Virus record (IMG/VR): IMGVR_UViG_2757320919_000001
Span: 70,928 to 134,927 of that record
DNA length: 64,000 bases
Origin: a virus
Lineage: Duplodnaviria; Caudoviricetes
Strand: one strand, 5' to 3'
Shown here: positions 59,680 through 64,000 of the stretch, one piece after another
Position numbering within the stretch: position 1 is the stretch's first letter
How the letters are laid out: every line of letters begins with the position of its first letter
Position numbers and translations under genes: made by a program
Notes under the pieces: generated by a model
What the model was told of the DNA's origin: nothing
Seen by the model: the letters and a program-made list of their open reading frames with translations, nothing else
Database searches by the model: none

Positions 59680-60630
59680 TTACCACATCCTCAATTTACA
59701 TTCGGCTATTAATCCATCAAAAGTATGCTCTTTTATAAAGTTTTCAATATTAACACCACTTTGATAAATTTCGTTTATATCTTTATATTTTTTAAATTTT
59801 TCATCATCACACCATACAACAAATTTATGATTTGGATTATTTGTATGTTTTAACATTTCCTTTCTACCAGTTTCATCATTATCGCAACACCATATTATAT
59901 ATGGTATAACTTTCATTCCTTTTGGCAAAGTTGCACCCAGCATAGCTATTTTATTTTTAAATGGGGTACATAACATATCAAATAAACCTTCAAATACATA
60001 TACCTCTTTTAGTGGGTCAATATTGAAATAGTTCATAACTTTAAAACCATCATCTGAGTTAAATATATAGAATATTTTATCATTTATACTACGACTATAA
60101 AAACTAAAAGCATTATCATTTACAGTATTTAGATATATTATAAAATTTGGTAGTTTAAATGTTTTATTATTTATTACAAATGATTCTTTACAATAATAAA
60201 AGTCATCAGGGTTTCCACCTCTTTTCAAAATGTATTCTTTTGCCTCTTTTATTTCACTAGCTTTTGGTAGATTTAAACTAAAAAATTCTTTAGGTTTTTG
60301 TGGTTCTTTTTTAGTTAGTGTTATGTTTTGAATATTTAAATCATCTATGTATTTTTCACCTATTTCATTTAAGTAGTTATTAAGGTATATTGGATGAAAA
60401 GTTTTAATGTAAGAATACATGGTAGCTGTATAACCACAATTAAAACATTTTATAGAATCATCTGTATAGGAATCTTTTCTATACAGATGTAATCTTTTCT
60501 TATTTTTATATTTTGAATCACCACAAACATCACATTTGCAGTTATAATCATCAGATTTTTTTATTCCTAAATCTTCTTTATTATGAATAATTTCCCAATA
60601 TTTTACATTAATTGGATTTAACATTACCAA
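59680..60630 (-). CDS. gp61: DNA primase
   Basis: CDVCGDS, CFNCG, VFEGLFD, DND, KDINE. Confidence 0.92.
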   Translation of the reverse strand: MVMLNPINVKYWEIIHNKEDLGIKKSDDYNCKCDVCGDSKYKNKKRLHLYRKDSYTDDSIKCFNCGYTATMYSYIKTFHPIYLNNYLNEIGEKYIDDLNIQNITLTKKEPQKPKEFFSLNLPKASEIKEAKEYILKRGGNPDDFYYCKESFVINNKTFKLPNFIIYLNTVNDNAFSFYSRSINDKIFYIFNSDDGFKVMNYFNIDPLKEVYVFEGLFDMLCTPFKNKIAMLGATLPKGMKVIPYIIWCCDNDETGRKEMLKHTNNPNHKFVVWCDDEKFKKYKDINEIYQSGVNIENFIKEHTFDGLIAECKLRMW

Positions 60631-61132
60631 CTCTTCTATCTAGTTCATCAAATAATGACTCACTATCATCATTTTTTATAATTTCTAATAAATTAGTACT
60701 ATATGCTTCAATTTTTACAAATAGCTCACCATCATCTGCAACATAAGTATCAACTACTTTTACATTTTTTACTAATGACGAACTAACTTGTACTGAAACT
60801 TGGCTATTATTAGTCTTAACAATCCCTTTATTTTGGTAATATTGTTTAATCATACTATCAACTTTTGAAGATAGTTTTTGGGTTAAGTTCATTTTAGCTA
60901 CTGCAATAGCTTCTGTTTGTTGTTGAATATAATTTTGACCTATATACATTGCTGAACCAACAGCTGTATTAATATCTCCATATTCTTTAACCCAACTAGG
61001 TAAATCATCATATTTTTCTAACATAGGTTTAGCAAATTGTTGTTGTGGAGTAGTTGTTGAACAACCTACAAACATTAAACCTGCAACCATAACCGCACTA
61101 CATAAAACTTTTTTCATTTTCTTTCCTTTCAT
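60608..61132 (-). CDS. LPP20-like lipoprotein
   Basis: lipobox MFVG|C, PSWV, AVGSA, A...AK. Confidence 0.7.
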   Translation of the reverse strand: MKGKKMKKVLCSAVMVAGLMFVGCSTTTPQQQFAKPMLEKYDDLPSWVKEYGDINTAVGSAMYIGQNYIQQQTEAIAVAKMNLTQKLSSKVDSMIKQYYQNKGIVKTNNSQVSVQVSSSLVKNVKVVDTYVADDGELFVKIEAYSTNLLEIIKNDDSESLFDELDRRVGNVKSN

Positions 61133-61205
61133 TTTGTGGTTTTATATAAAACCCTTAATTTTCTGATACCGTAATGGTACCAGAAAAACCTTAAATCAAA
61201 CTTAA

Positions 61206-61532
61206 TTATAATCTATATTTTTTTATTGCATTACCTAATTCATCAAAATTACTAATGTTTAGTTTTGCAAGATTAACCTTCATAATACAAGTTGAGAATC
61301 TATCAGGTATTCCGTCTTCACTATCTGTATCTGTTACATTGCCTTGTAAATCTATATCTGATTTACCAGTAGGATTACTCAATATAATATATATGTCTTT
61401 CTCATCACTATTGTCTGAAAAATATGAGCAAAACACAGTTGTATCAGCTTCTGAAATATCATCATATTCCCAAACACCATTTTTTGAATTAGTTGATAGA
61501 AACTCTAATGTTTCTTTAAGACTAAAATACAT
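61206..61532 (-). CDS. hypothetical protein
   Basis: AAAGGA RBS and promoter 61561-61593. Confidence 0.6.
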   Translation of the reverse strand: MYFSLKETLEFLSTNSKNGVWEYDDISEADTTVFCSYFSDNSDEKDIYIILSNPTGKSDIDLQGNVTDTDSEDGIPDRFSTCIMKVNLAKLNISNFDELGNAIKKYRL

Positions 61533-61617
61533 AATTTTCCTTTAAAAGTTTAATTTGAAATATTATACCATATTTATCTTAATTAATACTTAAATAAATA
61601 ATGTAAAAAGGTATAAT

Positions 61618-62073
61618 ATGAACTTTAGAAATATTGCTTTAAACTCAAATATAGTTTTTAGGACATTATTATTTTCTGATGATACTCAATATTATTGTCA
61701 AAAAGTTAAATTGCCTAGAATATCTTTAGAAGGACAAAAAGTAGGGCATTCAACTGGTACTTTAACATTAGGTGGTGAAGTAGCAAAATTTGATTCAATA
61801 ACATTGACGCTGTTAGTAGATGAGAATTTAGAAGTGTGGAAAAACTTTGTCAATTTAATTAATAAATATAATAAAGTTTCTACAAATACTGGATGTGGCA
61901 TTGAAGCTACATCGTGGTTAGAAATACATGATTCTAAAAATAAGTATTTGTTTAGAGTTGAATTTTACAAAAGCAAGTTAGATGAGGTAGGTGAATTGGA
62001 ATATTCTACAACTGATAATAATATCATAACCTTAGACATAACACTTAATTTTGATTATATGAAAATCATATAA
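61618..62073 (+). CDS. tail completion / tube terminator (gp3-like)
   Basis: YCQKVKLP, FD..T....DENL..W, TLNFDY. Confidence 0.75.
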   Translation: MNFRNIALNSNIVFRTLLFSDDTQYYCQKVKLPRISLEGQKVGHSTGTLTLGGEVAKFDSITLTLLVDENLEVWKNFVNLINKYNKVSTNTGCGIEATSWLEIHDSKNKYLFRVEFYKSKLDEVGELEYSTTDNNIITLDITLNFDYMKII

Positions 62074-62355
62074 TCATTTTTTTAAATGTATAAATTCTTT
62101 AATAAGTGACATTGCTTTATCTATACCTAAGTATGTAATGGCACTTGCTATACCTATTTTTGTAAGATATGGCAATTCTAATGAAGTTAAAATACAATAA
62201 ATTATAGTACATAAAACAGCACTGTTAAAAATGTATTTTAGAATACATTTTATATGTTTTCCAGCACAAGTATCTTCTTCATCAGACAAATAATTTGATA
62301 AGCCACAAATTAATCCAACAATAAAAATAGGACTTAACTCTAGGAGGTAATTCAT
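62074..62355 (-). CDS. putative holin
   Basis: 93 aa, three hydrophobic helices, basic C-terminus. Confidence 0.55.
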   Translation of the reverse strand: MNYLLELSPIFIVGLICGLSNYLSDEEDTCAGKHIKCILKYIFNSAVLCTIIYCILTSLELPYLTKIGIASAITYLGIDKAMSLIKEFIHLKK

Positions 62356-62537
62356 TTAAGTCCTATCAGCTCACACCATGTATAAATCACACAGAATAGA
62401 ATGTTTAACCATAATATTCTGTGTGATATTTTATAATACTTTTTGTATCTCTGTGGAATATCACAGTGATATTTGCCAATTAAAAACCATCTAAATATGA
62501 AAAAATAGTATTTTATTTTATCTGAAAAACTTTTCAT
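62352..62537 (-). CDS. small membrane protein
   Basis: ORF with ATGA overlap. Confidence 0.5.
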   Translation of the reverse strand: MKSFSDKIKYYFFIFRWFLIGKYHCDIPQRYKKYYKISHRILWLNILFCVIYTWCELIGLK

Positions 62538-62540
62538 GTA

Positions 62541-63203
62541 TTATCTTTTCTTTTGTGTTGTTTTAACTGAATCATCCCATTGTATTTTTTCAAGTTCCTC
62601 AATTGTTTTAGCTGCTTCTATTTTTGCTTTTAAAACATTGGCTTTAAAAGTAATCTCTTGTGTGTTATATGCAACCATTGAGGCAAAGTTTAAAAATTCC
62701 TGTGGGTTAAAAGTTACTTTTTCATCATTTATGTCAATCCAAATGATTTCAGAAACTGAATTAGTTCCACTTTGTATATCAAGCATTAAATTAGTTACAG
62801 CTACATTGATATTTAGTTTATCTTTTTCCCTTGTTTGGAAAGTATGACCATTATATACAATTCCATTTTCTAGAGCTTTATCTCTATTTGATTGGATCTC
62901 ATACCTTTTCTTCTCTTTTAAGATATCTAATTTATTACTTTCCTGAGTAGTTGCTATTAAAAAATCATAATATATATCCATAATATTATTTGATATACAA
63001 TATTCTTTAATTGCTTGTTTTCCAGCCTCAATTTCTTCAGGTGTAATGTCATCAACATATTCAACCATCATATTCTCTGAATTTTGCCTAACTGTCATAG
63101 GTCTATTTAGTAATGCTAACTCTGATCCTATATCAATTGCCCATAATATAACATTTTTGTTCAATTGACCTTGATCAGCTAGAGTTTTTTTAGATATTAT
63201 CAT
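62541..63203 (-). CDS. DUF4376 tail-fibre assembly-type protein
   Basis: RD..L..G..Y.G..FQT, W..., LK.KI.AA.T.EEL..I.W. Confidence 0.75.
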   Translation of the reverse strand: MIISKKTLADQGQLNKNVILWAIDIGSELALLNRPMTVRQNSENMMVEYVDDITPEEIEAGKQAIKEYCISNNIMDIYYDFLIATTQESNKLDILKEKKRYEIQSNRDKALENGIVYNGHTFQTREKDKLNINVAVTNLMLDIQSGTNSVSEIIWIDINDEKVTFNPQEFLNFASMVAYNTQEITFKANVLKAKIEAAKTIEELEKIQWDDSVKTTQKKR

Positions 63204-63249
63204 ATTTTATAGTTCTCCTTATTTTTATATTATTTATAATTATTTATAA

Positions 63250-63954
63250 TTATTTCCAAATAGTTCCATTTGTAGTTGGTGTATTATAACTTATATTACA
63301 ATCTGTAGTATTGCCAGCAAAAGTAACACCTTGTGCTACAACTTCTGAACCATTATAAACAGCTATGCCAGTTCCACAATTTTTAATATTTACATGGGAA
63401 TCTAAACAAGTATCTGATTTCCTAAATGCATATAATCCATATTCACAATTATCTAAAGTTAATCCTGGGGTAAATAAATATGAACATGCATGTCTAATAC
63501 CATTATAAAAATTCTTTATAGTTAAGTTATTTTCTACAATTGTATGTGAAGCAAATATGGATCCATGATAATTAGTAAATGCTATACCAAAACTCCTGTT
63601 ATTTGTATTTTCAACAGTTAGATTTTTAATTACAGGGTAAATAGACATATCACCATTAAATACAGTATCATATTGTGAATTACAATTTTTTGATATTGTA
63701 AATCCATTCCCATCAAGTATTAAATTTCTAAAATCTGTCTGTGCAATGTTAATAGTATAATTAATAGTAAGATTATTTAATAATTTTAAAGTTATTGCAT
63801 AATTAGGATAATTAATATATCTTTTACAGTAATTAAGTGCGTCTTGTATATTTGTAAAATTTCCACCATTACCTATAGTTAACTCCAAGTTATAAGCAAA
63901 TTCAGGAGTATTATCTATAATATCTTTAAATTTTGTTTGTCCATATGTTTTCAT
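63250..63954 (-). CDS. putative receptor-binding (beta-helix) protein (start MKTYGQ)
   Basis: TIG.GG.F..IQDAL; right-handed beta-helix repeats; late promoter 63986-63993; next to fibre chaperone. Confidence 0.65.
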   Translation of the reverse strand: MKTYGQTKFKDIIDNTPEFAYNLELTIGNGGNFTNIQDALNYCKRYINYPNYAITLKLLNNLTINYTINIAQTDFRNLILDGNGFTISKNCNSQYDTVFNGDMSIYPVIKNLTVENTNNRSFGIAFTNYHGSIFASHTIVENNLTIKNFYNGIRHACSYLFTPGLTLDNCEYGLYAFRKSDTCLDSHVNIKNCGTGIAVYNGSEVVAQGVTFAGNTTDCNISYNTPTTNGTIWK

Positions 63955-64000
63955 TAATAATTCCTTTAAATACAAAATATAAATGTATTTATATTTTGTA

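Noticed and set aside
932-62847. Many short antisense ORFs in the track (e.g. 4071-4541, 31033-31419, 45667-46023, 62536-62847)
   Set aside because: They lie opposite well-supported genes, lack RBSs and show shadow-frame composition
63250-63975. PolyG phase-variation tract in the RBP-like gene
   Set aside because: No G/C run longer than 4 seen in this ORF
1-64000. CRISPR array or reverse-transcriptase/DGR system
   Set aside because: No regularly spaced repeat-spacer array and no RT motifs seen; the ACAGCAAA units number only two and have non-identical stems
1-64000. Alternative genetic code
   Set aside because: Core genes are full length under the standard code; the breaks seen are frameshifts or true gene splits, not in-frame stops

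Overview
Very AT-rich window from a T4-like myovirus genome. Gene content and style fit a Campylobacter group III phage (Fletchervirus, CP81/NCTC 12673-like); that assignment is an inference from gene content. It carries T4-type core genes in scrambled order: rnh, gp62, gp32, gp2, thyX, sheath, ligase, capsid/scaffold/protease/portal, neck, tube-like proteins, uvsW/uvsY, DNA polymerase, primase and tk. It also has two DNA methyltransferases, a Cas4-like nuclease, phosphatidylserine decarboxylase, GroES/Hsp20 and three tRNAs. Main findings: (1) The large terminase is encoded as two genes 26 kb apart on opposite strands, which an atypically split intein would rejoin in trans. (2) Eight paralogous 'Hef-like' genes are built from 3-7 interchangeable zinc-ribbon repeats with a hypervariable helix, plus a Vsr-like nuclease and (in seven of eight) a Mom-like GNAT domain; two copies are flanked by duplications of a promoter and all end at a sharp stop-less boundary. 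(3) A TROVE/Ro60-like (DUF2828) gene is surrounded by unannotated structured RNAs, including two tandem stem-ACAGCAAA-stem-GATT units, a 14-bp-closed downstream RNA, a separately promoted hairpin RNA and a degenerate tRNA. (4) An orphan C-terminal nrdA fragment carries a Thr+1 mini-intein. Family assignments come from motif recognition only; no searches were run.
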